21,461 nucleotides of DNA from Fonticula alba ATCC 38817 (taxonomy: Eukaryota; Protista; Nucleariida): assembly GCA_000388065.2 (NCBI GenBank), contig KB932214.1; one strand, 5' to 3'. The translations under genes were made by a program, and so were the position numbers. The notes below the pieces were generated by a model. It made no database searches, was not told the DNA's origin, and saw only the letters and a list, made by a program, of their open reading frames with translations. Shown here in pieces: positions 1 through 9,535 of the stretch (position 1 is its first letter; each line of letters begins with the position of its first letter).

Positions 1-38
1 CCCCCCCCCGCCCCCGCCCCCGCCCTCTCGCCAGAAGG

Positions 39-2438
39 ATGGAACGTTACCGGAACCTCGGCGAGATCGGCCGCGGGACCTATGGCGTGGTCTTCTCCGC
101 GCAGGACCGCAACACCAACAAAACCGTGCGTCTGTCACCTGCCGGGCCCGTGCCCCGGCGCCTGCACCTATGGCGTGGTCTTCTCCGCGCAGGACCGCAA
201 CACCAACAAAACCGTGCGTCTGTCACCTGCCGGGCCCGTGCCCCGGCGCCTGCCTGCGACTCGCCGCCACCGGCCTCACCCGGGCCCGGGCCACTTGCAC
301 TGACCACGCTCACGCCCCTCCCATCACCGCCCAGGTGGCCATCAAGCAGGTGAAGCAGGCCTTCCGATCCTGGGACGAGTGCCTGGCCCAGCAGGAGGTC
401 CAAGTCCTGCGAGCCATCACCCCGGCCCCCACTTCCAACGACACGGCCACAGATCGGAAGAGCGTCGTGTTGCACTGACCACGCTCACGCCCCTCCCATC
501 ACCGCCCAGGTGGCCATCAAGCAGGTGAAGCAGGCCTTCCGATCCTGGGACGAGTGCCTGGCCCAGCAGGAGGTCCAAGTCCTGCGAGCCATCACCCCGG
601 CCCCCACTTCCAACGACACGGCCACCGGCTGCCAGAACATCGTCCACCTCCTGCGCATCACCTACCAACGGGAGACCCTCTTCTTCATCTTCGAGCACAT
701 GGACTGCTCGCTGCTGGAGTATGTCCGAGACTACCGGCGCCCGGGCCCGGATGGGGCCCCGGTCGGCTCGGCCAGCGAGCCCCTCCCGCGGGACCTGGTC
801 CGCAGCATCAGGTGCGCCGAGTGGCATCCCGCGCGCGGGGCCCCCCCCCCCCCCCCGCCGCCGCCGCCGCCGCCGCCGCCGCCCCGGATGGACACATGCC
901 GCCGACCAGGCATACTAACATGTCGCCCGGCCTGGGGCCGCCTGCCGTGTCGGTCCCACCAGCCAACAGCTCTTTCGCGGGGTGGCCTACCTCCACTCGC
1001 GGGGGTACTACCACCGGGACATCAAGCCGGAGAACATCCTGCTGAACCGGCGACCGGACGGACGCGTGGTGGTCAAGCTGGCGGACTTCGGCCTGGCGCG
1101 GACCATCGCCGAGTCGGGGCCCGGCAAGCCGGTCGCCGGGGCCGGGGCCACGACCACCGGGCCCGGGCGGCCGCCGGGCACGGCCCCGCGCCCGCTGACC
1201 GACTACATCGCCACCCGGTGGTACCGGTCGCCGGAGCTCCTGCTCCGGGCGCCGAATTACGGCCCGGCCATCGACATCTGGGCCACCGGCTGCGTGCTGT
1301 ACGAGGTGCTGACCCGGGTGCCGCTGCTGGCCGGCCGGCATGAGCTCCACCAGCTGCAGCTGATTGTGGAGATGTTCGGCTGCCCGCTGGCCGGCGGGGC
1401 CACCTGCTCGCCGAACTACTGGGCCGAGGCCGGGGACCTGGCCGCCGGGGCCGGGGTGGCCTTCGTGTCGGCCGAGGCCGCCGGCCGGACGGGCTCGCAT
1501 GCGGCGGCCCCCGGGCCCGGCACCGTGGCCAATTGGCCCAGCGGCTGGACGGTCGTCCGCCGGCCGGGGACCATGTGCCGGCTGCGGCATGAGGAGGCCA
1601 CGCGCGGCGGCGGGCCCGTGGGCGGCCTGGCCGGCGAGGTGGCGGCGGCGGCGGCGGCCATTGCCGCCGGGCAGCCGGCCCGGCCGGATGACGGCCGTAC
1701 CCCGGATGCCTGTCTGGCCTTCGAGCTTCAGGCTCGCTTCCCGCGGCTGGCCCTGGACCGGGACCTCCTGCGGCTGGTGGGCGACTGCCTGTGGCTGAAC
1801 CCGGACCACCGGATCACCGCGGCCCGGGCCCTGCACCAGCTGACATCCCTGGTGCGGGAGACCGTGCCGGGGGCTGTGGCCCCGGCGGTGGCCGGGCCCC
1901 TGGCCCCGGCCCCGGGGCCGGTGGCGGCCGCGAGTGCGATCGCCTCGGCGCCCGTGCCGGGCAAGGCCCCCCCGGCGGCCGTGGCGGTGCATCACGCGCG
2001 CGTGGTGGCCCACAAGCCCGGGCCCCTGCCGCACGCGGCCCCGGCGGTCATGGTGCCCGGCGGGGCCCGGCATGGCCGCGCGGCGCATGGAGCCCTGCAG
2101 GCCGCGGTCGACCCGTACTCGCCATCGCCCCTGCGCCGGCTGGCGGCCGATAGCCTGCTCGGGACCCCCGGGCCACGGGACTCGCCGGATGGGCGGAGTC
2201 CCCGAGCCCCCCCGGGAGCCGGGGCCGCCGCCGCCGCCGCCGGCGACGGCCCGGGGCCGGAGCACCCGCTCTCCCCCGGCCCCGGGCCGCGCATCTTCCC
2301 CAACGTGCGTCGGGTGCTGAACTTCGACTCGCCAGCGCCGGCCGGTCCGGCGGGCCAGGTCACGGGAATCCCCGCTGGCAGCCCGGCCGAGCGCCTTTTC
2401 CTGCTGGGCTCCGCGCCGAAGCGTTTGCGCCTGTGCTC

Positions 2439-2472
<34 letters not shown>

Positions 2473-3354
2473 GCGACGCCGACGCCGACGTCCACCACGG
2501 CCACGCCCGGGCCGACCACGGCCAGCCTCCGCCCGGGTTCCAGCATGGCGTTGGCGCTGGCGGCGGCGCGGTCGCCGCCGGGCACGGCCCTCGGCCCGCT
2601 GGCCCCGGGGTCCGCCGGGGCGTCGGGCTCGCCGCCGCTCTCGGGATCCGGCATCCGGCGGCCCTTCACGCCGCTGCCTCTGGAGCAGCCCCCGCGCCAG
2701 GCCATGCTCGGCAGCGGGTCGCCGCTGCACGCCTTCCTCCACCACCTGCCCACCGAGGGGGGGCCTTCCTCGGGGCCGAGCTCGCGCGGGGCGTCGGCCT
2801 CTTCGTCGGCCGCCGGGGGTGGCTACTCCTCAACCGGCGGCGGACCGAGCGGCGGCGGCGGCGGCGGCGGGTCCTCCAGTCCGGTGCTCCTGTCGCGGCC
2901 GGGGTCCATGCGCGGCGGGCCGCTGGTCATGTACCCGGCCGAGGCCGGGGCCCTGGCCGGCGGGCAGAACGACGAAAATGCGCGGCCCTTCTCGCGCGTG
3001 GGGCTGCTCTCGCCGCCGGCCGGGCTGTCGCCGGGCGCCGGCGGCCCGGGCGAGGATGCCCTCCGTCGGGCGGTTCTCCTGCGCGCCGGGGCCGAAGCCG
3101 GTCGCGGGAGTCCCGGCCTGCCGAAGGCGGCCGTGGTGGCCGCCGGGCCCAACGCATCGGCGGCCGCCGCCCTGCGCGAGCTCCCGGCCGGCAACCGAGC
3201 CACCTTCCAGGCCTTCTCGGCTGCACACCTGCACCTGCACCTGCACCACCACCATCACCACCACCACCAAGCGCCCGGCAAGTACCTGCCGGCCGCGGCG
3301 ACCTCCAGTTCCCAGTCGCTGCAGCCGTCTGGCTCGACCGAGGCTGGTGTGTGA
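39..3354 (+). CDS. MAK/ICK/Ime2-like (RCK family, CMGC) Ser/Thr kinase, about 926 aa, with long low-complexity C-terminal tail
   Basis: Exons 39-125, 510-811, 963-3354 join in frame (2781 nt). Motifs: GRGTYG, VAIK, FRSWDEC (cf. MAK/ICK FYSWDEC), HRDIKPEN, DFG, activation loop TDY, ATRWYRSPE. Donors GTGCGT (126) and GTGCGC (812); branch-like CTGAC and TACTAAC (913-919); CAG acceptors at 509 and 962. Intron 1 region is distorted by duplications. Confidence 0.9.
78..253 (+). repeat. Exact 88-bp tandem duplication (78-165, 166-253) spanning the end of kinase exon 1 and its donor
   Basis: acctatggcgtggtc...ccccggcgcctgc occurs twice head to tail with no mismatch seen; gives a second GTGCGT donor at 214. 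Confidence 0.95.
296..625 (+). repeat. Exact 155-bp direct duplication (296-450, 471-625) separated by a 20-nt adapter
   Basis: tgcactgaccacgctc...gacacggccac occurs twice; each copy includes branch site, acceptor (334 and 509) and start of kinase exon 2. Confidence 0.95.
451..470 (+). other. Illumina TruSeq adapter read-through sequence (assembly contaminant)
   Basis: AGATCGGAAGAGCGTCGTGT matches the standard Illumina adapter start over 20/20 nt and lies exactly at the junction of the duplication. Confidence 0.97.
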
Positions 3355-4229
3355 GTGTTCTTCTGTATTTTTGTCCCCCCCCCCCCCTCTCCCTCCTTCC
3401 TCCACCCTCGCCTGCCCCCTGTCTTCCTCTTCCGGGCCTGCCCTCTTGGGGGGGGGGCCGCGCCGCCGGCCTTCCCTCCGAACAATATACCCTCCGCCCG
3501 CGAGCTGCCGCGATACTCGCCAGCTCCGCGCATCCTCTCCCCCGGCAAAGACGTCCGCTATGGTGGTGGCTGCGCGCGCGTGCATGCGTCCAGGTCTCCA
3601 TCGGTGTCGCTTCATGTGCCCCTCCCGGCCCTCGGGCTGCAGGGGGTGTGGCGGGGGCGGCGATGTGCCGTGGGCGCGCCCCGCGCGCCCGTCCTCCCTG
3701 CCGGCGGCCCAGAGCCGGCCCCTCACGGTGGCCGGTCGCTCGCTCGGCCGCCCGGCCACTCGCCAACGGGCCACCCCCCGCCCTCCCCCCCCCGCCCTTT
3801 TTTTCGCGGCCACACACGCACACGCACACAGGCGCGCCGGCGCGCGTGCGCACGCTCTTAGACGCCAACGGCCTGGCTCCGAGTGAGACACCCCGGGCCT
3901 CCATTGGCAGGTCCCGCGATATGGCGGGCAGGGGCCTGGGGCCTGGCGTCCGCTCCCAGGGCTCTCCCCCAAACCCTGGGCCCGGCCGGCGCGTAACGCC
4001 CGTAACGACATGTCCTCCGCGCGCGCGCCCCCCCCCCCCCCACCCCCCGCCCGGGAGGGGCCGGGCCTGCCCGGCGAGCCCGAAGGAATGGGGGCATGCG
4101 CTCTCGGAGGCGGCCGGCCGTGCCCCAGCTGTTCCGTGACTTGGCCCCGGGGAGGAGGGCGTGGGAGAACGCCGTGGCGTGCCTTCGTGCGGGTCCCGCC
4201 GGGCCGGCCGCCCATAGGAGAGGGTCTGC

Positions 4230-4260
4230 CCCCGAGGCATAAATAAAGGCTGCTTCGCTC

Positions 4261-4291
<31 letters not shown>

Positions 4292-4497
4292 TGGCTTCGC
4301 GGCAAAGACGATCTTGGCCGAGGAGGTGAGGACCTCACCGACGCGCACGGTCCGGCGGAAGTCAATGGCCTGGGCACTAGCCAACCCTGGGCCGCGAGAG
4401 TCTTCCTCCTCGTCCCCCCCCCCGCCCCCCGGAAGCGAGCGTCGCCAGAGGGGGGCGGGGCCGGGCGAGGAGGCACTGGCCTTGCAGGCCATGCGGG

Positions 4498-4576
<79 letters not shown>

Positions 4577-4888
4577 CGGCGAGCGTGTGTGGCTTCGCGC
4601 GCGCGCGCACGCCCGGGCGGCCGGCCTGTGGCCCCCCGCGCCTCGGGTCTCTCGACGCAAACAGTTGCCCGGACCCAGTCGTTCCCCCTGATGGAAATTC
4701 ACCCCCTCGTGTGGGTGTTCGCCATGGGCCGGGTGAACGCGTGCATCCGCAAACGCCCTCAAACCAGACGTCGGGATTATGCACGTAGCCCTTTTGGGCG
4801 CCGTCGACGTTTGCTTCCCCGTTAGCCGACGCCGGTGGCGGGCGGTCTGTGGCCGACGAGCGTAACCGAGGCCACCACCAAACAGCAT
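4230..4888 (-). CDS. Possible HotDog-fold acyl-CoA thioesterase-like gene or degenerate relic (tentative)
   Basis: One minus-strand frame from ATG 4888 contains VHPAHGEHPHEGVNFHQGERL and AQAIDFRRTVRVGEVLTSSAKIVFAAK, resembling by eye acyl-CoA thioesterase motifs (VxPxH..N..G..HGGxL and IDFxxPVxVGxVLxxxAxV). Consensus donor GTGCGC at 4610 followed by a 77-nt C tract. Exon structure unresolved. Confidence 0.27.
4263..4291. repeat. Poly-G tract (29 G)
   Basis: Direct count from the sequence. Confidence 0.9.
4500..4576. repeat. Poly-G tract (77 G), longest homopolymer in the window
   Basis: Direct count; the true length is uncertain in a short-read assembly. Confidence 0.9.
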
Positions 4889-5530
4889 TCCACCGGCGAC
4901 GAAGCTCCGGCTATCGAGGGCGCCTGGCTATCGCGCGTAGCCCGGTACCGCGTGACATGGCCCGCGCGCACGCAGCGGAAAAACCATGACCAGCGGCCGG
5001 GCCGCCGGCGTGCCTCCGTGGATTGCCCCCCCCCCCCCCTCGCCCCCCGCCCTTGTCCACCCCCGCGGGGATGGCCGTGTCCGCCGGCCGCCCTGCGCGG
5101 CGGTGCCTGCTCGCTCGCTCGGCGCCCTTCCTTTCCTTTGGCCGTCGATGTCGCCCGGGTGCTTCTCCCCGCGAGATTGGCCCACCGAGCCGGGCAGAGG
5201 GGGTGTGTGTCGGCGGGATATGCCTGCGGCCGGCGGTGGGGGGCCGAGCCCCCAGGGAGCCTCCCCCTGGGACAGGAGCATGCGTCGGGGGCGGGGGCAG
5301 AGATCCCCCTCGGGGGGCGCGCACGGGCGAGGACGTGAGCACCGATCGTCGCCTCCCGCCGGACCTGGGTCGACCACTAGGATGGTTCACACGGATCCCT
5401 TGTGTGCGCACGTCGCGCGCATGCGCAATCCTGCCCCGGCGAGAGCCTCCGCCTTTTTTGGGTGACCCCTCTGGCCCGTCCTTCGCTGTGTACCCACCTT
5501 CCCCCCATCGATCCCTCCCCCCGTCCACCT

Positions 5531-5714
5531 NNNNNNNNNNNNNNNNNNNNNNNNNNNNNNNNNNNNNNNNNNNNNNNNNNNNNNNNNNNNNNNNNNNNNN
5601 NNNNNNNNNNNNNNNNNNNNNNNNNNNNNNNNNNNNNNNNNNNNNNNNNNNNNNNNNNNNNNNNNNNNNNNNNNNNNNNNNNNNNNNNNNNNNNNNNNNN
5701 NNNNNNNNNNNNNN
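5531..5714. other. Assembly gap (184 N)
   Basis: Run of N flanked by C-rich sequence upstream of YJU2. Confidence 1.
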
Positions 5715-5752
5715 CCCCCCCACCCCCATCCACCTCCCCCCCGCTCCCTAGA

Positions 5753-6979
5753 ATGTCCGAACGCAAGGTCATCAACAAGCACATCCCGGTGGACTTCGAC
5801 CCGGCCCTCCTGCCGCGGGTCAAGCGCCGGGCCGACAAGCAGGTGAAAGTCCGTCTGGAGTCGCCCTTCACCTGGCGGTGTAACTCCTGCAGCAACTACA
5901 CGTACTTCGGCAAGCGTTTCAATGCGCGCAAGGAGGAGGCCGAGGCGGCCCTGTCGTACCTCGGGGTCCGGGTCTTCCGGTTCTACATCCGGTGTCCCTC
6001 CTGCTCGGCGGAGGTGATGTTCCGCACGGACCCGGCCAACAATGACTACGTGCTGGAGAAGGGTGCCACGCGGGCCAATGAGTCCTGGCGGGATGGCCAG
6101 CGCGAGCGCATCGCCCGGGCCGAGCAGCAAGACCGCGAGGCGGCCGAGGCGGCCGCCCGCGGCGAGGCTCCCAAGAAGGAGGACAGCCTGGCCCAGATCG
6201 AGCAGCGCATGCTGGACGTCCAGGCCGAGATCGAGCGCGACCATCAGCTGGAGGATATCCGCGCCGGGGCGGCCCTCCGTGCGCGGGCCACCCCCGGGGC
6301 CATCCTCAGCATGCTGGATGGCAAGCACCGGGCCGAGGAGGCTCGCGAGCAGGAGGAGGAGGACCGGCTGGTGCGCGAGGCCGAGCGCCGCATGGCCGCC
6401 GCCCGGCGTGTGCCCTCCTCCGTCAGCAGCCTGGCCTCCGATGACCTGGGGGCCTGGGCGCCGGTGGTGGATGTCCCGGCCGGGCCTGGCGCGGCCGCCG
6501 AGGCTGCCCCGGCCGGACCGGGCCCGACCTCTGCCGCCGGTGGTGCCGCCCCCGCGCCGGGGCCCCGTGTGATTGCGCGTCCCAAGCGCCAGCCGACCAT
6601 CGCCGCCATCGAGGAGGACGATGATGGCGACCGGGCTGGCGGCGACCGGTTGCCGCCGCTTGGCCGCTCGACCCGGCATGCGTCGGCCGCATCGCTGCTG
6701 CCGGCGGTGGCCGATGCCGGGCCGGCGGCCGTGGCGCCGGTGTCCCCGGCTTCGGATGCTGCTCTGTCCGAGGCCCGGCCCTCGTCGGCAGGGCCGGCAG
6801 CCGTCCCGGCTGTCAGTGCCCCGGTGGCGGCCGCCCCCCCGGCGGTGGCGTCGCTCTCGGCGCCCCTGGTGTCCGGGGGCCAGGCCCCGCGTAGCCGGCC
6901 GAATGGTGTCGGCTCGGCGCGGCCCCGGTCCGGCCTGCTCGCCGGCGTGGTGATCAAGCGCCGAAAGACCGACGCCTGA
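5753..6979 (+). CDS. YJU2: Splicing factor YJU2 / CCDC94 (Cwf16 family), 408 aa
   Basis: N-terminus MSERKVINKHIPVDFDPALLP matches the family start MSERKVLNKYYPPDFDP; two CxxC zinc knuckles (RCNSC, RCPSC), GKRFNARKE, YLGVRVFRFYIRC, FRTDPANNDYVLEKGATR; coiled-coil middle; terminal basic KRRK. Uninterrupted ORF. Confidence 0.95.
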   Translation: MSERKVINKHIPVDFDPALLPRVKRRADKQVKVRLESPFTWRCNSCSNYTYFGKRFNARKEEAEAALSYLGVRVFRFYIRCPSCSAEVMFRTDPANNDYVLEKGATRANESWRDGQRERIARAEQQDREAAEAAARGEAPKKEDSLAQIEQRMLDVQAEIERDHQLEDIRAGAALRARATPGAILSMLDGKHRAEEAREQEEEDRLVREAERRMAAARRVPSSVSSLASDDLGAWAPVVDVPAGPGAAAEAAPAGPGPTSAAGGAAPAPGPRVIARPKRQPTIAAIEEDDDGDRAGGDRLPPLGRSTRHASAASLLPAVADAGPAAVAPVSPASDAALSEARPSSAGPAAVPAVSAPVAAAPPAVASLSAPLVSGGQAPRSRPNGVGSARPRSGLLAGVVIKRRKTDA

Positions 6980-7321
6980 GTCTGGCTCGCGCGCGTGCGT
7001 GTGCGTGCGTGCGTGTGTGTGTGTGTGTGTTCGGCACTCCCCCCTTCCCTCCTCCACGGCGGCCCTCTCTATCCCCTTTCCCCTGCCACCCGACTGTCCT
7101 TGTGTATTTTCTCCCTTCCAATGTAGAGACCCATCATGCATCGTGCGGGGGAGGGCGAGTGTTATTGCTTTGGGCGTGGTTGCCCATGCGCGCGCGCGCG
7201 CGCGCGCTTTGCCGCCGCGGGACGGGGCAGCAGCGTGCGCACAGGGCCGGACCTCAGGGGAGGTATGGCAGGTGGGTGGAGCATCAGGCGGCCCGCCGTC
7301 ACCCGACCAGGTTGGCGCCGC

Positions 7322-7483
7322 TCACTTCTGGAAGGGGATGCCCGTGTCTGGGGGGAGCTGCTTGCACAGGTTGGAGATGGGCTTGAAGTGGGGGTTGTCG
7401 GCGGAGTTCTCCAGCATGTCGAACAGGGCCGACTCGCTGGTGGTCAGGAAGGCGCCGGCCTGCTTCATGCGCTGCATTGGCAG

Positions 7484-7525
<42 letters not shown>

Positions 7526-8333
7526 CCCGCACGCGGGGGGAAGGGGGACTGGTCAGTGGGCCGGATGGCCTCGCACAGAGGGGGCGGAACACTCAGCTCG
7601 AGGGGGAACGGTGGCGAGGGCGCACCTCGAAGGCAGTCTGGCGGTCGAAGGTCCGCTGCGAGGAGGTCCCGTCGGTGAGAACGTGCACTTCCACGTCGCC
7701 GCGGGCCAGCAGATCCAGGACCGTCTGCTGGACGCAGACATGCGCCTGTGCGACAGGGGGGTGCGGGGGGGGGGGGGAGAGCCGAAGGCATGTGTCAGCG
7801 CGAGTGGCGGTAGCACGGGGGCATATGGAGGACCCGGCCCTCCTGCTCCGCGAAAGCGCCCGGATTGGCGAGCGAAGCCGGGCCCGGGAGGCCAAGGAGG
7901 CGACGGGACGAAGGGCAGAGAGAAAAGGAAGAAACACAAAAGCAAGAGCAAGGGAGAGCCCGGCTCCGCATCGAGGGGGGGGGGGGCGCACCTCCAGGCC
8001 GAAGACCACCACCGACTTGGGCTTCATGCGCTCCAGGTCGCGCACCACCTCCGGGATCATCATGGAGAACTTGGTCTTCGGGTAGACGGAGGCCCGGCCG
8101 GAGGTGACCAGCTCGTCGAGGCCCACCTCGGGCACGGTGGCCCCCAGGCGCAGGGGGTTCTGCTCGGTGGCAATGACCGGCAGGTCGAGGATGGTCGAGG
8201 CGCGGACCATGCGGTTGGCCACGAAGGAGACCGACGGGAAGAAGGACACCACCTCGGAGAAGCGCGTCTGCACATCGCACAGCATCAGCAGGGTGGATTT
8301 GGCGTTCAGGCGCCCGGGGCGGAAGTGGGCCAT
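7322..8333 (-). CDS. Isochorismatase domain-containing protein (ISOC1/ISOC2-like cysteine hydrolase), 203 aa
   Basis: Exons 8333-7992, 7745-7626, 7471-7322, all phase 0 with GTGCGC/CAG introns. Motifs LCDVQ (Asp), TEQNP, KTKFSM (Lys), FGLEAHVCVQQT (Cys), RMKQAGAFLTTSESALF. Confidence 0.92.
7486..7522. repeat. (TG)n microsatellite in ISOC intron 2
   Basis: About 18 perfect dinucleotide units; a shorter (GT)n lies at about 7013-7030. Confidence 0.9.
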
Positions 8334-8337
8334 GGTG

Positions 8338-8471
8338 CTACGGAGGGGGAGAGGAGGGCGGGAGGGGGCGGGTCAGGGGGAGAGGAGGGGGGGGGGGAGG
8401 AAAAGGGAACAGGGCTGCCGCGGGCCTGGGGCGGAGGGGCGCTGTGGCGGTGGCTTTTGGCCGGCCCGCAC
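8338..8471 (-). other. Putative 5'UTR intron of the ISOC-like gene
   Basis: Minus-strand donor GTGCGG at 8471, CTGAC at 8376-8372, pyrimidine tract, TAG at 8340-8338, then CACC-ATG. Confidence 0.55.
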
Positions 8472-9366
8472 GGGCCTACAAACATGGGACGCGGAGCCTG
8501 CGATCGGCCTCCGGGGCAGCGGGGTCTCCGGGGGCGGGGGGCCGGCCTGGCCTGGCGACGCGCGTCCGGTCCGTGTCGCCCGCCGGAAATGGGCCGATCG
8601 AAAGGGGGGGCCGGCGGGGGCATTCCGGGGCCGGGCGAGCGTCGCCCCCTGAGCGGAGCGCGGCCGGGGGACGGGCGCGCGCGCGCGTGTCCGGCCCCCG
8701 GCGGCCTAGATCGCCCGGCGGGGGGGGGGGGCCGGGGCGGCGGGCTCAGCCCGCCTGCCTCCGAGTGAACCGCCAAAGGCGGGCGGGCTGGCTGTTGCCA
8801 CCGGGCGAGGGAGGCGAGCGTCACGTGCTGCCCCGGCGGCGCGCCATGCCCACCCCCGGAGAAATGGGACTCGCAAGCTGGGGGCTGTGTCGCGGAACCG
8901 CGCGCGCCGGCGCGCGCCAGTGTTGCGTCGAATTGCTTGTGCGTGTCTGGAAAGGGGGGGGCGTGAGGCGCGCCTGGAGGCTGTTGCAGCCTGCGGCCCC
9001 CGGCCCGGCCCATTTGCCGGGGAGTTGCCCGAATTGAGTGGCGGTGATCCTGGCCGGCGGCCCGGCGTTCCTCTCGGGCCCGGGTCGCGACTCCGGCCTT
9101 TGCGCAATCTCAGCCAGGCGGCCTCCGGGCGGGGGCCTATGAGTGCGGGCGGAGCAGGGCATTGTGGCCCAGCCAGCCCGAGCCACCCCGGGCAGTTCCC
9201 CTCTCGCTCCTGCTCTTGTTCTCGCTCTTCCTCAGCGCTCCCCGAACGCGATTGCCCGCTTGCCTCCGCTCTCCTTCCCTCCCTCCCTTCCTCTCTCAGT
9301 GTGTTTGTGTGATTGTGTACTTCCCTTCGTTCCTCCTTCCTGTGGCATCGCCTCCCCTCGGCTGAA
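8472..9366. promoter_or_regulatory. Divergent (head-to-head) upstream region shared by the ISOC-like gene and SKI2
   Basis: Inferred only from gene orientation; no specific promoter motif identified. Confidence 0.45.
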
Positions 9367-9515
9367 GTGCGTTCGTCTGGTCTGTTGCCTGCCGCCCCCC
9401 CGCCTGCCGGCTTGCTTGCTTGCTCTCTCTCTCTCTCTCTCTTGCTCTCGATCGCACGTGCGCTCTCTCCCCCCTCTCCCCCCCTCTGACGCCAACACCC
9501 CTCCCCTTTCTACAG
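9367..9515 (+). other. Putative 5'UTR intron of SKI2
   Basis: Donor GTGCGT at 9367, CTGAC at 9486-9490, pyrimidine tract, CAG at 9513-9515, 20 nt before ATG 9536. Confidence 0.6.
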
Positions 9516-9535
9516 GTCCGAGCTCCCCCGCCAAA

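Noticed and set aside
39-478. Apparent second, truncated kinase paralogue or tandem exon array
   Set aside because: Explained by two exact duplications, one containing an Illumina adapter.
78-625. Direct repeats with a spacer as a possible CRISPR array or transposon footprint
   Set aside because: Repeats are 88 and 155 bp of exon/intron sequence, only two copies each, and the spacer is a sequencing adapter.
808-4888. Very long antisense and overlapping ORFs (808-2745 -, 2433-4139 +, 2830-4476 -, most of 2927-4888 -)
   Set aside because: Arg/Gly/Pro/Ala-rich translations with no domain, expected at this GC content opposite or overlapping real exons. Only the 4230-4888 part is kept as a tentative candidate.
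5415-5426. GCGCATGCGC palindrome (NRF1-like site) upstream of YJU2
   Set aside because: Similar GC-rich palindromes are frequent here and there is no evidence that this organism has such a factor.
5387-8768. ORFs 5387-7141 (-) and 6999-8768 (+) of over 580 aa
   Set aside because: Shadow frames antisense to YJU2 and ISOC that run through microsatellites and an N gap.
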